Source of the DNA: Spongospora subterranea f. sp. subterranea
Taxonomy: Eukaryota
Assembly: GCA_049724395.1 (NCBI GenBank)
Contig: JAUGWO010000046.1
Coordinates: 62,001 to 126,000, forward strand
Length of the DNA: 64,000 nt
Reading direction: 5' to 3'
The notes under the pieces were generated by a model. The model saw only the letters and a list, made by a program, of their open reading frames with translations, was not told the DNA's origin and searched no databases. This document shows positions 27,280 through 44,962 of this stretch, one piece after another. Positions within the stretch are counted from its first letter, which is position 1. Each line of letters opens with the position of its first letter. Both the position numbers and the translations under genes were made by a program.

Positions 27280-27574
27280 GTTTCTGCTTGGCTTATTCGC
27301 AAGTTCGCTCGCAAGAGTTGGCGGTACATGGGTGCGTATAGAGAGAAGATTGGTCAGAATTTGACTGTCAAACAGGTTGAGTACGCGGCCAGGAAATATC
27401 GACGTCATCGTTCCGTCCCGCAATCTATTATTGACAAACTGTGATATATTTACACAGTATTGCAATACTCATCTTGTTCAAGAATTTTTGTTTAAAACAC
27501 TGAGAGAATAGAGAAAAAACCGAACTCACACAACAGAACGTTATTTGAGGCAGTGCGCAACTTTGGGAAGACTG
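27280..27574 (+). mobile_element. 3' remnant of an IS630/Tc1-mariner-type transposase with candidate terminal repeat
   Basis: IRKFARKSWRYMGAYR......L...QVEYA.RKYR.HR.VP resembles the C-terminal motif of fungal/protist Tc1-like transposases; preceded by acceptor-like ttttatacag; 27551-27574 reverse-complements to CAGTCTTCCCAAAGTTGCGCACTG. Confidence 0.55.
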
Positions 27575-28223
27575 TTGGTGAGTTAAGATGGCCGGTAATG
27601 TATCTATGGATATTATTACTGATTTTCACCGATCATGTTCCAATGATCGAAAACGTCGATAATTTTGAGTGGCCAAAGGTCAGTCATAATTCGAAATCAA
27701 AATTTCTATTTCAATCGCGCATCTTAGAATTGCAATTACAATCGGTTTATTCAGTTGTAATCCGATTTCATTACAGTTTCGCAAGCGATATCAGATACTC
27801 CGTAGCTTGTGTGGGAGAGTTGGTTGAGTTGAGGTCTCCGGCACTGTTGCGTTGTTTGCTGTTTTGGCCCTGCCATGAAGGTAAAAATATTTTTCCAGTG
27901 AGTCATCCAACTTCTCCGTGACGGCGTCAACGAAAAACTCCGCGGAGTTCACACTGACCCGCTGTGACCGACTGACGTGACTTGGGCAGTAATATATCGG
28001 CAACGCGTCGTGAAGTACCGGCAGACGCGTTAGAAGGGGATATCGTTTCTTTATCTCTTGACGCTGTTGTTTAGTGTAGTCGTTGGAGTATCAATTACAT
28101 ACCGATCTGACGAATTATAACACCCCGAAGAGAGGAAGGATCGATTATACAAGGCGTTTCGGAGGAAGTGTCGGAGTAGGGCCGCAAATCAGTAAACGGG
28201 TCAAGGCCGTCTCGGTAGAGTCA

Positions 28224-33402
<5,179 letters not shown>

Positions 33403-33446
33403 CTTTTATAGATGATTATCAATGTACTACTTTAATTTTTGAATGT

Positions 33447-35279
33447 TTATCTGCTGCTTGATGAGGATAACTTTTGCCGTTTCAAACGAATCTCTCCATT
33501 GTCGTCGTTACCTCCGTCTCCCTCGGATATTGTGATTAATCGCAGTTTCTGAGATCTATGTCAGCTAATTTGTTGTTGAAACACATTGGATAACGTACGA
33601 ACTCACCGTTTCTTTCGCAAGCGTAATATATTTAGCGGCATCTACATGACCTGGCTCTAAATCAAGGGCATGTGTTAGATCTTTGATGGCATCGTCGAGC
33701 TTGTTTAAATTAATCATCGCGATTCCTCGTGATACGAGCGCGTCTACGCACTGTGGACTATGTTGAGTAGATATTTTGATGCAACTGACTGATGAAGCAT
33801 ACCTGTGGTTCCACATTCAAAGCATGAGAATAACATCTGACTGCATCAGAAAATCTATTCTGCCTAGCAAACTCGATTCCACGTGCGACGCTATTGAATA
33901 AAAACACGGTTAACGACAGCGACGTACAGTTAATGTTGGTACAGTGTACCCTTTCAGTGCCCAATCAATGTTTTGTGCAGCACGAAGATTATAGTGCAGA
34001 TCACCAGCTTCACATCTAAATACGTCTTACTAGACCGATTAACCAAAACATGGTGGAAGTCGTACGGATGGCTTGAGAGAAGGGATCCGTGCTCGGTTAC
34101 ATTGAAAGCTTTTGACATTATCACCATACCATGCGGATTCTGAAATAAGGGATGACCTTTCAGCCTGTCAACAAATGACGGTAACGGGTCTGACGATGCG
34201 AGTGACATTATAGATCTGTTGAACGAATGAGCCAATTTTGGTTTGTCCACTTTAATTCTACTGACAATGATGTTCGATCATGCAGAGCTTGCGAAGGATG
34301 ATTAAACCATGTCGACTGTCTCCAATGATGAAATGGCGATGCCGGAGGAATTGTAGAAACATTTGGAACAGACACCATACCTAACGGTATGTGATGCGAT
34401 TGCTGTGAAGTAAGACGAGAGTTATCGAAACTGAAATAAATAACATCCGAATGTGTATCTATTGAAATCACCAATGCTGGGGGATTGTTAGTGGCCGGTG
34501 AATCACGAGGTCAAACGAAAAAAAACCTTTAACTTCGGTGCCTAGCGGAAACTGATCAAGAAGTTCTGATGGCAATAAATTGTGCCCATTGGGTTCGGTA
34601 AGTTCGCGAATGGGACATAATCCTTCGATTTGCATTTCTTTGAGGCCATCAAATATCGTTTCCGACAATTGACGCTTCTTTGGCACCGTTTTGTCAATTT
34701 CATTTTTGACGATTTTCTCGATTTGGATGGTAACCCCCTCAAGCGACTTATTGCAAATGAAGCCTGAAAGCAGACCCCATTATTATACTGAGAACAAGCA
34801 ATAATGTGATTCCAACCGCCGACGACTAAATCAACCTCGAGGAGTTCAAAAACACCTCTTCTTTTTAGATATGTATCTATCTGTTTCGAAGGAGTATCTC
34901 CATCAAGATCGTCGAACGGGGAAAATGGAGAAATCGTTCGGTACGTAGGATGCTTAGTCACTATACAAACCCTCTGTGAAACCTTCGCTAAGCATGAACC
35001 ATCCTAGCTGGATGAGGACGTTTCGAGTTCATCGTTGTGCTTACCTCCTTTACTCTCTGCGTGATGTATATTCGCGTTAATAAGCAGGTGACCTGCGAAC
35101 CCTGATACGAAAAGAGACGCCACACGTTGGGCGACGGAAGGAATCAAATCGCGACGTGGGCTGGACGCGTACTGCAAATGAAGTGCAGCCGGGCTCATTG
35201 GGCGATCAGGGTGGATGAATCCTGACGGAATAGGACCATAGGATGGGCCTGGAGATGGCGAACTTGGCATTAAAGGCAT
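33447..35279 (-). CDS. TTC14: TTC14-like protein (S1-like domain plus TPR repeats); termini approximate
   Basis: Y..I.PF; IEGLCPIREL...LDQFPLG.EV...VISID; HPLFQNPHG; TPRs GIEFARQNRFSDAVRCYSHALNVEP, VDALVSRG.A..NL..LDDAIKDL..AL.LEP.H.DA.KY. Confidence 0.7.
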
Positions 35280-35850
35280 GACAAAAGGTCAGATTATCAT
35301 CCTTCGAAAGTGTAGTACTATGAAATATGAGGAGTGGTGTATTAATGACCTATCAATACATCACATTAACCCGTTACTCTTGGAAACATATAACAGAAAC
35401 CCCGTACACAATGGTTATTGTGACCTGTACGTGTATTTATATCCTCATGCCGGGTCTCAGTTCTCAACGATAGATCGTTCAGCAAATGACTGTATTCTCG
35501 TTGTCATCTATTTTCGTGCGTTTTTTCTTTGCACGAATCTAGAAGTAAATTGCTAAAATGCATAAGCGTAAGTGTACTGATGAGCATGACTTTACCTTTT
35601 ATCATGAAGACAAAGGCAATATCTTGCAGACTCGGTACAAGTCAATCTACTCTTTATATACCCAGCATCATTATAGCATTTTTACATTTTTGTTTCTTGC
35701 ATTTATTTTGGAATTGCTGAAAGGAAAAAAATATAGGGAGTAAGATTTAAGGTGCAGGTATCTGAGACTTTGTTGGAAATTAACTCGTAAGAATAGAGAA
35801 TTATAGCTATCTTGGGCTCCAGACTTTGCGAATGCATAGAATATTGTTAA

Positions 35851-36054
35851 TCATTGAATTGTGCAACTGCAGCCTGAATTTCGGTCTCGTACCCATTCGT
35901 TATCCTGTTCGTGAAAAGGATCGGTTTTTGCATTGATAAATGCCACGATTTTCGCCGCCGCTACTTCCGGTTGTGTGGCTTCCTTAAGCGCATTGGCCTC
36001 GAGTCGCAGATGCTCGAGTTCGGCATTCTTCTTGGCGAGTTGGTCGTCGCTCAT
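35851..36054 (-). CDS. Heterotrimeric G-protein gamma subunit
   Basis: 67 aa, N-terminal helix (ELEHLRLEA), AA..IV.FI...DPF....NEW, C-terminal CaaX prenylation box CTIQ. Confidence 0.8.
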   Translation of the reverse strand: MSDDQLAKKNAELEHLRLEANALKEATQPEVAAAKIVAFINAKTDPFHEQDNEWVRDRNSGCSCTIQ

Positions 36055-36710
36055 GGCCTAGCACCAGACTGCTCGAGCAAGACAGACTGGAGCTCAGCAA
36101 GGTCTAGGTGTCCTTCTCCGATAGACACCTCGGGATGATTTCCGCGATATGCGTTTATCCTGATGTTCCAGGAATCGACAGAGTAAGCCAGAAAGGCAGA
36201 CAACAAGGTAGGCACAAGACCTGTGGGTGAAGTGCAGAGTTAACCATTGATAACAGCCAGGCACACAATCATGTCTGATCAACAACCAGGACACACAGTC
36301 AACCAACTGCCGCCAGATGTCAGCAACGCTAAACTACCACCCACGTTATTGATAACTGTACTGTGTTCCGCTTAGATCTCTTCTGTCGTCATCATGTCAA
36401 TTCCTTCCAACAATCACATTTTTTCTGTATATTAACTAACACCCTGTTTGAGCTGGTCGTTTCAACAATAATGACAGATCTACTAATTTGAAAGGGTTTG
36501 CTACGTTGCAGAGGTCGCCGATTGTACAATAAAGATGTTTCTGGCGATGCCATAAGGAGTATCATTTTAACTGGGTCCATCGCAAAAAATCAACAACAAA
36601 GTAATTTTTTTACTGCCTTAGAAAAAAACAGCCGCTGAACTTTCTACATCGTGCGTTTCACAAGTATAAGGGTATAGATCACTGGGTACCGTCAAGTTAA
36701 TCCTTAACCC

Positions 36711-39302
36711 ATGAGAATAAGGAGTCGCAATGGCGCAAACACGTTTACAGATAAACCAAATATCGATGATGATCAAGCAGCAAGACCAAACCCTAGGTTT
36801 TTCCAAACACATTGGCAGGAATTTTCCGCAGGGGTAATATCACCTGAGCTGGTGTTGGAAGCCTGGAACGTTTACGCTGGGTCTTGTGCCAGTAGAATAC
36901 CATTAACTTTGCTGGAACTAATGTTGCACCAGTTTTATATGGCAATTCCAGATGTTGATAGGGTTTTGACTCTTGATCTTGAAAATGCCCTCTTCGCTAT
37001 GGTTGCTAAACAGGTTCAAATCAAAATGGAAGTACTGTATGGAGAGGAAATGGATCGAATCAATCATGAAATGTCTCAGTCAGAATTTACCCAGTCTTTT
37101 GAGGATATCTTTGCTGGAGCAGATATGTTTCATGTTGAGGATGCGGTTTCTTCTCAGCGTGATGTCTCTATGGATCAGATTGTCGCATTGAAAAATAAGG
37201 TACGGACACGAACCCAAAGCGGATTAACGATGGGCTTCTAAGATTTATCAACACAAGTTGAACAGCGTCGCCGTTATTTGCATCAACCAGTTGCGTACCG
37301 AACCACTAGAAGCCGTTTTGATGAGGCTGCTAAGTAAATCCTCTGAAGTTCGTCTGGCTCACGAAGTCCGATTTCTATGCGAAATCGTAAAAGCTGGGCT
37401 AGATCGGCTCAACATATCGTACAATACCATGCTTGAAATCGTTAGATTGCTCCATCCTCGACCAGTTGTTTCAGGAGAAACGATCTTTGCCAGTGGGGAT
37501 CAGGAATTTTTTGTCGTTTTCCATGGTACGCTTCCAAGAAATACAGACTCAGACTAACGTCAACTTTGATTGATCTTAGGCGAGCTCACAGTTAAAAAAA
37601 TACACGGTTCAGAAATGCCGGCTGTTAACACAGACCTCTCATCAGGGTCGTGTTTTGGAGTACGAAGCTTACTTCTTTGGAATAGAAGACCATCTCCAAC
37701 AGTTGCACTGAAGAATTCTGTTCTGGGCATCCTCGACTATAAAAGTTTCCGAAGTATTCTGTATCCGGGACTTCGTCGCAATCATCAGGAAAAACTGGCG
37801 TTTTTTAGGGGTATTCCTTACCTGTCCGGCATTGACCCGAATTTGCTATCAGAGATCAGCTACTGCTGCAAGACGCATCGCTATAATCCGCAACACATAA
37901 TTTTTCATCAGGTACAGCACCAAAAATAAGCAGCTGACTATGAATCGGACGTAGTTGGAAGTGTAGTTCCCTGGTCATCATTTATGTGAAACGTTAACAG
38001 GTTGAAACACGACGAACGGACAGTAACATTACACTTGCACCGCTAAAGGAACGTTTTCTCTGAAAAATTACCAGATTACCCTTTCGTTTGGAAGAGCAAC
38101 GTCAACTATTTGTGTATGATAGCCAAGTCAAAGGGGATTCTTTAAAAGTATTGTAACGAACGCAACGAAAATGAAGCGGTAAACAGTTTCAGCATTCACA
38201 GCATCGCTCTGATTGCCGTTCACGACTGAACTGTTCGCGACGTTGACAGTATCGCAATCACGAAATCGCAACTAAAAAATGTTGAGAATGAACAATGCGT
38301 TTGAATCCTAATTGATACATGCTGAGCATTGCCAATTAGGGTGCGATTATACCATCATCTGTATTGTTCATCAAACTCGGGCGTGTTCGCATAATACGTG
38401 AACTGCCTCTTAACATCACGTTGAGCTTGGCGTCCAAGTGGTGTTCCGGGGCGCCGCGACCGTCAAGCTCCTTGACATGGCGATCATCCTCACCGTTATC
38501 GCGCCCACTATCAAGCAGCACAGGTTTTTCGCTTCCACAATCAAGCAGGATCAATTTATCGCGTCCACAATCAAGCAGAACAGATTTTTCGCGACCACAA
38601 TCAAGTGGAACAGATACCAATGTATCTACTGTCTCCAGACACAAACCTGTGAGACCAAAGAGCGCTATGCACTTCTCCCAAAAGCCTACATCTGCAAATA
38701 TGCAAGGATTGTTTTCCATCAGTCCTAATATAATTCCGCACAGAATGCCACAGGAATTGACTCGTGGAAGATGCAGATTACCGGAAGACCGAGTTCATTG
38801 CGCTGCAGTTAGGTCGTCATCTCCCGTTTGTACAGTTCTCAAATTTGAACAGCATCGTGATCCCCCAGCGTTTGTAGAATGTGCTATTTTGGAGCATTTG
38901 AGTGTCCTAGGTGACGTTTTTGACGAGAAGTTGAAATTGCAAATGCGCTGGAGGGCAAGCGCCGTTGCCGTGGATAGTGTAATCGCATATGAAGTGCCAA
39001 ACATTCTACTACAAGATTATGCCGCCATGATCCCCCACCCACACGTTTTCCGCTGCCAAGCAGATATCAAGTTGATACGACAAATGCGCGCTAGCCAAGC
39101 ATGGGACCAGTATCGAAAACGCCATGTTCACTCCAGTGACAAAGGCTTCTTCGAAAATCCAAGCATTTGTCGAATTATGGAAATTGCATCTCTTCCAGTT
39201 AGACGACCGCAAGCGATAGGTGACGTGATCCAGATGCGGAGAACAACAGGAATAATGGAAAGTTTGGATCTAAAACCGCTGACACAATTCGCTGGATATT
39301 AA
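36711..39302 (+). CDS. Cyclic-nucleotide-binding-domain protein with RPxS-rich low-complexity tail; exon structure uncertain
   Basis: GETIFASGD.EFFVVFHGEL.V...L.SG.CFG..SLL....P.PTVA; second cNMP start FFRGIPYLS.....L.EI......Y.....IFHQ; tail rich in RPxS(A). Confidence 0.6.
38496..38615 (+). repeat. In-frame 30-bp tandem repeat x4
   Basis: Encodes LSRPLSSSTG / FSLPQSSRIN / LSRPQSSRTD / FSRPQSSGTD; core CCAC(A/T)ATCAAG recurs every 30 bp. Confidence 0.85.
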
Positions 39303-39364
39303 ATAATGTACGACAATTTCGAACAAGTGCAAACTATTAATTTGATTTATACGATTACCATTTA

Positions 39365-42064
39365 TTATGAACGTCGCGGCGGAGCGCGAGGAGGTGGTCC
39401 ACGAGAAGTCGGAGGAAGTCTAGCTGGAGGAGGTGGCGGTCCAGGTCTTGCAGGAGGACCTCTAGAGCTTGGGCCTCGTTGCGGAGGGAGGAGCTCCTCT
39501 TCATTGTTTTCGGACCTTGGAGGTGGCGGTGGTCGCCTTGCTGGCGGTGGACCTCTTTGAGGTGCTGCTCGGGGTGGCGCCCTCATGGGCGTCGCTTGCC
39601 TCTGTGATTCATCGTAATCATCCTCTTCGCTTGGTTTAGACCTAAGTGAATTCGATTTGAATTCGGTTATCTGACTAAGAAGAGCGTTTCGATTGGGTGC
39701 ACTAGAATCGCGAGTCGCAGAGACTGGTGCTCGTGGTGGAGGAGGTGGAGCAGGGCGAGCAGCCAGAACACTATCTGCATTAAGCGAAGGAGATGAGGGC
39801 GGGCTGGCAGATCGCGAGGGTGGCGAAGGTGCATGAGGACGCGATGAAACGGGCAGTGAACGACCTCCCGCTACCGATGGTGGTAAAATTGGAGCACTGG
39901 GGGACGATCTAGCCGGGGGAGGGGCTCGAGGAGGGATAGCCTGAGGAGGTCGTGCTGATATTGATGGAACAGCACGGGGTGGTGCTTGAACTGGGGGGGA
40001 TGGAGCAGCACGGCCCCTGCCAGGAGCAGGCATTTGTGATCGAGCTGGAGTTGAGGCGACGATAGGAGCTGACTTGTCATCCGTTTCAGATTTTGCCAGA
40101 TTAGTTTTCTTGAATCCAACAATGGCTTTCAACAGATCGGCTCTTCCTCCAGAGCTAGGTATTGATACCGGCGCCGAAGAAGATGATACAGATGGTGGAG
40201 GAGGCGGGGCCGGGGCTCTGGGAGGAGCGCGAGGTGGTTGAGCAGGCGTTTGTGCAGAAATTCCCATATGCAGCGCTTCAACGGGACGTTGCCGACCTGC
40301 TTGGGCTACAACTGAAGGAGCAGATGGTGGCATAGACGCCCGACCGGAAGGGGCAGGAGGAACAGGCATCCGAGTTGTGGTTGGAGGCGTCTGTGGAAAA
40401 TTTCGAAGTAGAATCGAAGGAGGTTGCGGAGGAGGAATGGGCGCTCGAGCTTGTATAGAAGGAGCTTGCGGCATGGTAGGTGTTCTAGCCGGCACTGAAG
40501 GAGCTTGCGGCGCGGTAGGTCTAGACGGCACTAAAGGAGCTTGAGGCGCGGTAGGTGTTCTAGCCGGCATTGAAGGAGCTTGAGGAGGGGCAGGCGTTCG
40601 AGATTGTATTAAAGGAGCTTGAGGGATAGCAGGAGCTCGGACGTACGCTGTGGGAGCTTGACGAGAGCCGGGCGCTGGTCCTTGTACTGTCGGCGCCTGG
40701 GGAGGAGAAGGCGTTCGAACGTGCGTCAGAGGTGCTTGAAGCGGGGTGGGAGCTCGAGAGGGGATATTAGGTGCCTGCGGAGGAGATGGCGTTCGAGATG
40801 AAAGCGAAGACGGCTGAGGAGGCGCAGGTCCACGAATATTATTCAACGATGGTTGCGAATGGGTAGATGCAAGCGATGTTGAAGGTGCTGGAGTTCCGTG
40901 AGGGAACGAGGAACTTGCATAACCAGTAGGTGTCGCAGATGGCACCATGGGCCGAATTATGGAAGGATCAGCAATCAAAAGTTCGCATATTGCGTTGATC
41001 AGTTTTGGGGCCGTCAATAAAAGCATAGGATCAGCCCCAGTTGGTGCGCCTGACAGTAACGAAGGACCAACAGCGTATGCTAACTTAAGCGTGGACATCC
41101 CGGTTACATTCTGAAATTGGATAAATACCGCTTAACTACTGTAGTTACTTCATAGTCATACCTGATTCTTCGACAATGCCTGCAACATGATAAACAACGA
41201 CTGAAGTAAATCTTGAGTTTCTGGTGCAAGTTGCCGTAGGACTTCTGAAAGTGCGATAATATTGTTAGGAGTCATTTTCTGGATAGACAACAACATATCC
41301 AAGGAAATAGGCGGCAGTATAGGAGCAGGAAGGTCGCGAATTACCTGAAAAAGTTTCAGATGATTCAAGCAATAAAAATTTGGACATACTCGTTTCAAAG
41401 CTTGGGCCAGTGAACATGGGTGATATCGGGATATATCAATAGATTGCCTTTTGTTTCCTGCTGTGATTATTGCATCAATCTCTGCCTGCACTCCCGTATC
41501 CATGAAAATATTTTCTGTTACCAAACCTATGTCCCAGCGATGATCAGTCGACGCAGTCCCAGAAACCCGAACAATACGCTACCTCTGGCGGCAATTTCAA
41601 TAATCAACCGTTCAGGACCCTGAAGGGTCCCATTCTGCTTCGGCGGTATTTGCAATGTAGGTATAGAGGCTGATTGAACAGCAATGTAAATGAACAATCT
41701 GTTTGTTGAGATTTTTTTTCTACCTGTTGGTTGCGGAACAGATTGCTGGTGCATAAATGCGGGAGCTGCTTCCTGCGTATAATGCTCATATCCCTGTTGC
41801 TTTTGCTGCTGCTCATAGGGATCGTAAGCAGGATCTCCCTGCTCATACGCTGCCTCGTCGTACTCATCCTCATAAGGGTAATATTGCCAGTTTCCTTGCT
41901 CATCGTAATATCCCTGGTCTGGGGTTCGATCATCTTTATCGTGATATTGTGCATTCGGATCTATTATCATCATTAATAGAGTATCAAGCCACTAACAAGC
42001 ATTGAGCGGTAGGCGCACCAGTATACTGATTTGGATAAGATCCGTCATTCTGCCAATGTGCCAT
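39365..42064 (-). CDS. RhoGAP-like domain plus proline-rich region with two WH2 (WIP/verprolin-type) actin-binding motifs
   Basis: GL.TENIF..TG...EI; HP.SLA.ALKR.IRDLP.PIL; L..L......LL..LF..L..L......M...KLA..VGP.LL; WH2s GRADLLKAI.GFKK.NL.K.ET.DKSAP and NRNALLSQI..F....LR; Tyr/Gln-rich N terminus. Confidence 0.75.
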
Positions 42065-42176
42065 AGAATTTCTTTGCCCCAACGGCCCTCAAATGACTTC
42101 AAATAAATCCTAGTTGCCAATGAGAGAGGTTTAGCGCGAACGACGTCAGTCGTCACCAGCTAGACCGCGGTTGATA

Positions 42177-43255
42177 TCACGTGTCTGCCCTATGATCGTA
42201 CGGTGTATGAAGATGTTTCTCAAAAAACCCAACAGCTCCACCTGTGCCTGTATGGTCTAAGTCCAGCACTTCGTGTACCATAATCGCTGCCTCTTTATTG
42301 GTGTATTGTGCCGTCACTGGACGATCATTAGACTCAACGGGTTCACCGTAAGTGGATCTCTCTCCAGGCTTCACAGCATCTTGACCTTGGTCATTGTGGT
42401 AACTGGCTGCGACATTTTGAGGGAACAGCGCGTCATTTTCATCCTCAAACAGTCGATTACTTGACTAGAGTTTATTAATGGATTTGTTAACGTACTTTGT
42501 AAACAACTGCAAAGAACAATCCATGCGCCAGTCCTAAACAATACACAATTGCGCCAAACACGATCGGTCTCTGCTTTGCTTGCTGCTGAATTATTTCTAC
42601 AAGTTTGCCATAAAACCCAGGTTCGTTCACTGAAATCTTTCGTCGCGGTTCTGGCTCAGCTTTGGCGAGCTCCGACTCGTCTGGCCCAACACCTGATTGA
42701 CCCCAACGCGCCTTGTGTCTCATCGCGAACTCCACAATTTCTACTTTCGTCGGTAGTGCGGATCCCTCTGAGGCAGCAATCGTTTTATGAAAAAAGAACA
42801 AAAAGTCTTGTTTGATTACTCACCCAGTCGAATCCTGATCTTGCTTGATTGACAGTAGCTAAAACAAAATGAATCTTAATACGATTGCGATTTGAAATAG
42901 ATATACAAGTAAATATGAGGAACAACGTTAATCTTTTCCTCCCTTGCAATGGTCGGCTCTGTATTGATGTCAACCTGGAATACAGTTGTGAGTGTTTGTT
43001 GAAAAACGAATACAGAAAATTGACCTTAGCGAGCTTGATTCCCGAGGATAAGAAATCTGGATCCTTGCTGACCCCCTCGATAATTGGGGCGAGCTCTTTG
43101 CACATTCCGCACCAAAACGACGTGAATACCACCAGCCATTCTCCCTCCTTGACCTTTTCGTAGAAATTCGCATCGTTCAGAAGATGAATCCCCTCCGACC
43201 CGGCAGCTGCAATTAAAATTAAAGAAACAAGGAGGACTCCAACCGGTCTTGCCAT
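42177..43255 (-). CDS. Signal-peptide thioredoxin-like transmembrane protein (TMX/PDI family)
   Basis: Hydrophobic signal peptide; L.DANF.E.V.EGEWLV.F...WCGMC..LAP; TM helix IVFGAIVYCLGLAHGLFFAVVY; last exon continues through ORF 42177-42374 after an intron. Confidence 0.8.
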
Positions 43256-43455
43256 TGGATACAGCGGAAGTGTGGCTTGTTACAGTGACGGAGACGTATT
43301 GCACGACCTTGCTTGACGATTTTTGTAGAATTGGGCCGCGCGTCATATGGAATCCATACGATCATTTGAGGAATCAACTGAATGCTACTCGGGAACTGAT
43401 CAAGTAAAAAACTCTGATATTTAGTGATAAAAACTAGGGAAATTGAAAGCATATT

Positions 43456-44962
43456 TTAAATAGCTTCTCGCTTGTTGCATCGGTCATCACACAAATCCTC
43501 CGAAGATATTGTGACGTCGAGATTGGGGAAATCGGCCCGCTTGAGATGCAGTTTCAGCAAGGCTATGGAAAAATTAAGCTTTGAACAAATACAGTCGTTG
43601 ATTCCCTGACTTGTTTCGACTTTGATGGTGCTCTCCCGAAAACAAGTAACCTTGTTCGGCCATTCTTTGATAACCTCGGCAGAAAGGCTGACGATTCCAC
43701 ACAATAATTTCTGCAAGAATATGCATGAATTGGTAACGGCTTGCATATCACCATTCAGTGCCCAATCAACCGTCTTTCTCATCACTTCACCGCTGGAATA
43801 ATTTGAACGAGACCAAGGAATCAGAATTGACGCTCGTCTACCTTAGATCTGCGATTCCTAATAAATAGTCGCTGGTTGAAAATGGAGGCAGGCAGATGTC
43901 TGGACATGATCGACAAAGTCGTTCCCAAATCAGTTTTTTGCTGATCAATCCACCGTTTGTTGACAAAAAATAATGAAAACTTTCCGCCTTTTGCCAATTA
44001 AAAATCGAGGAAACTCCCATCCTTAAAACTTACTTCAACATATTCTTGGTATCCGGGACTAACTGCTTTTTGAAACCTGACATTTGATAAAAAAAAAAAC
44101 GCATTTTATATCAATCACGAACCTGTACCGCTCAGATTCCGTATGCATCATTTCACCAACGCGGCCGAACTTTGCCCTGATCTTCTCTAAACAGTTTTGA
44201 GCATGATCAAGGATCGTTTTCATATCCGACGGTTTAGCGCGATGCATCAAAAATATAGACTAGAAGCCATCAGCCAAGGTCAATGAACTCGTGAAATCTC
44301 GATACATGTTTGCTCTCCTTGGTGATCTCCCGTGATAAGTTCCTGACAGACTCATGGCGAGTATTAAAGTCGTCTAATTGTTTAGCGTACTGTTCGAATG
44401 TGTTCTGTAAATTTTGGGCACCTAACGCAGAATGACAATTCGACATAATGCTAACTGGTCTGGTACATCTCCGAATTCACACTCCGTGACCACCTTGTTC
44501 CCCATCGATTGTTCAGATTGAATATATTTTACCACGATTGTTTGAATTAGTTGTATATGCTGTTTTATGCAAAAAAACTGCAAGTCAATGAATAATCCAT
44601 GATCTTCAGCTTGATGTATCCAGAAGCTCAGCAATTTCTCTTTCGAGTGCTTCCTTCTCGGCTTCCAGCTCCGCCAAGTTCAGTTCAGTACCGACATCAA
44701 AGGAATCGGGTATTCTTGTTAGATTTTCTTTTTCAATTTGTCGAAACGGTGGTCTGACATCTTCGTTTTGGGGCAATACCTTCAATGGGTTGGCAACATC
44801 ATCAGGAGCGGTACCAAAATTAAGCGCGCACTTTGCTTCTCGCATTTGAATATTTTTTAGGGCGTCTCCCATCATACGCGCCCTTGACGCCGATAAAGGT
44901 GTAAATAGACCTGGACCTTGCCGGCGAGCCTTTGAAGCAGATGGCGTAGCTGGAGCTTTCAT
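43456..44962 (-). CDS. Hypothetical multi-exon protein with coiled-coil segment
   Basis: Series of same-strand ORFs separated by intron-like gaps; coiled-coil-like LAELEAEKEALEREIAELL; no family recognised. Confidence 0.5.

Noticed and set aside
39871..40801. Alternative-frame and antisense ORFs over the Pro-rich gene (similar shadow ORFs over kinesin, coronin and ABCC)
   Set aside because: Explained by codon bias of the real gene; no independent motifs.
42177..42374. Independent 65-aa gene
   Set aside because: It is the in-frame last exon of the upstream thioredoxin-like membrane protein.
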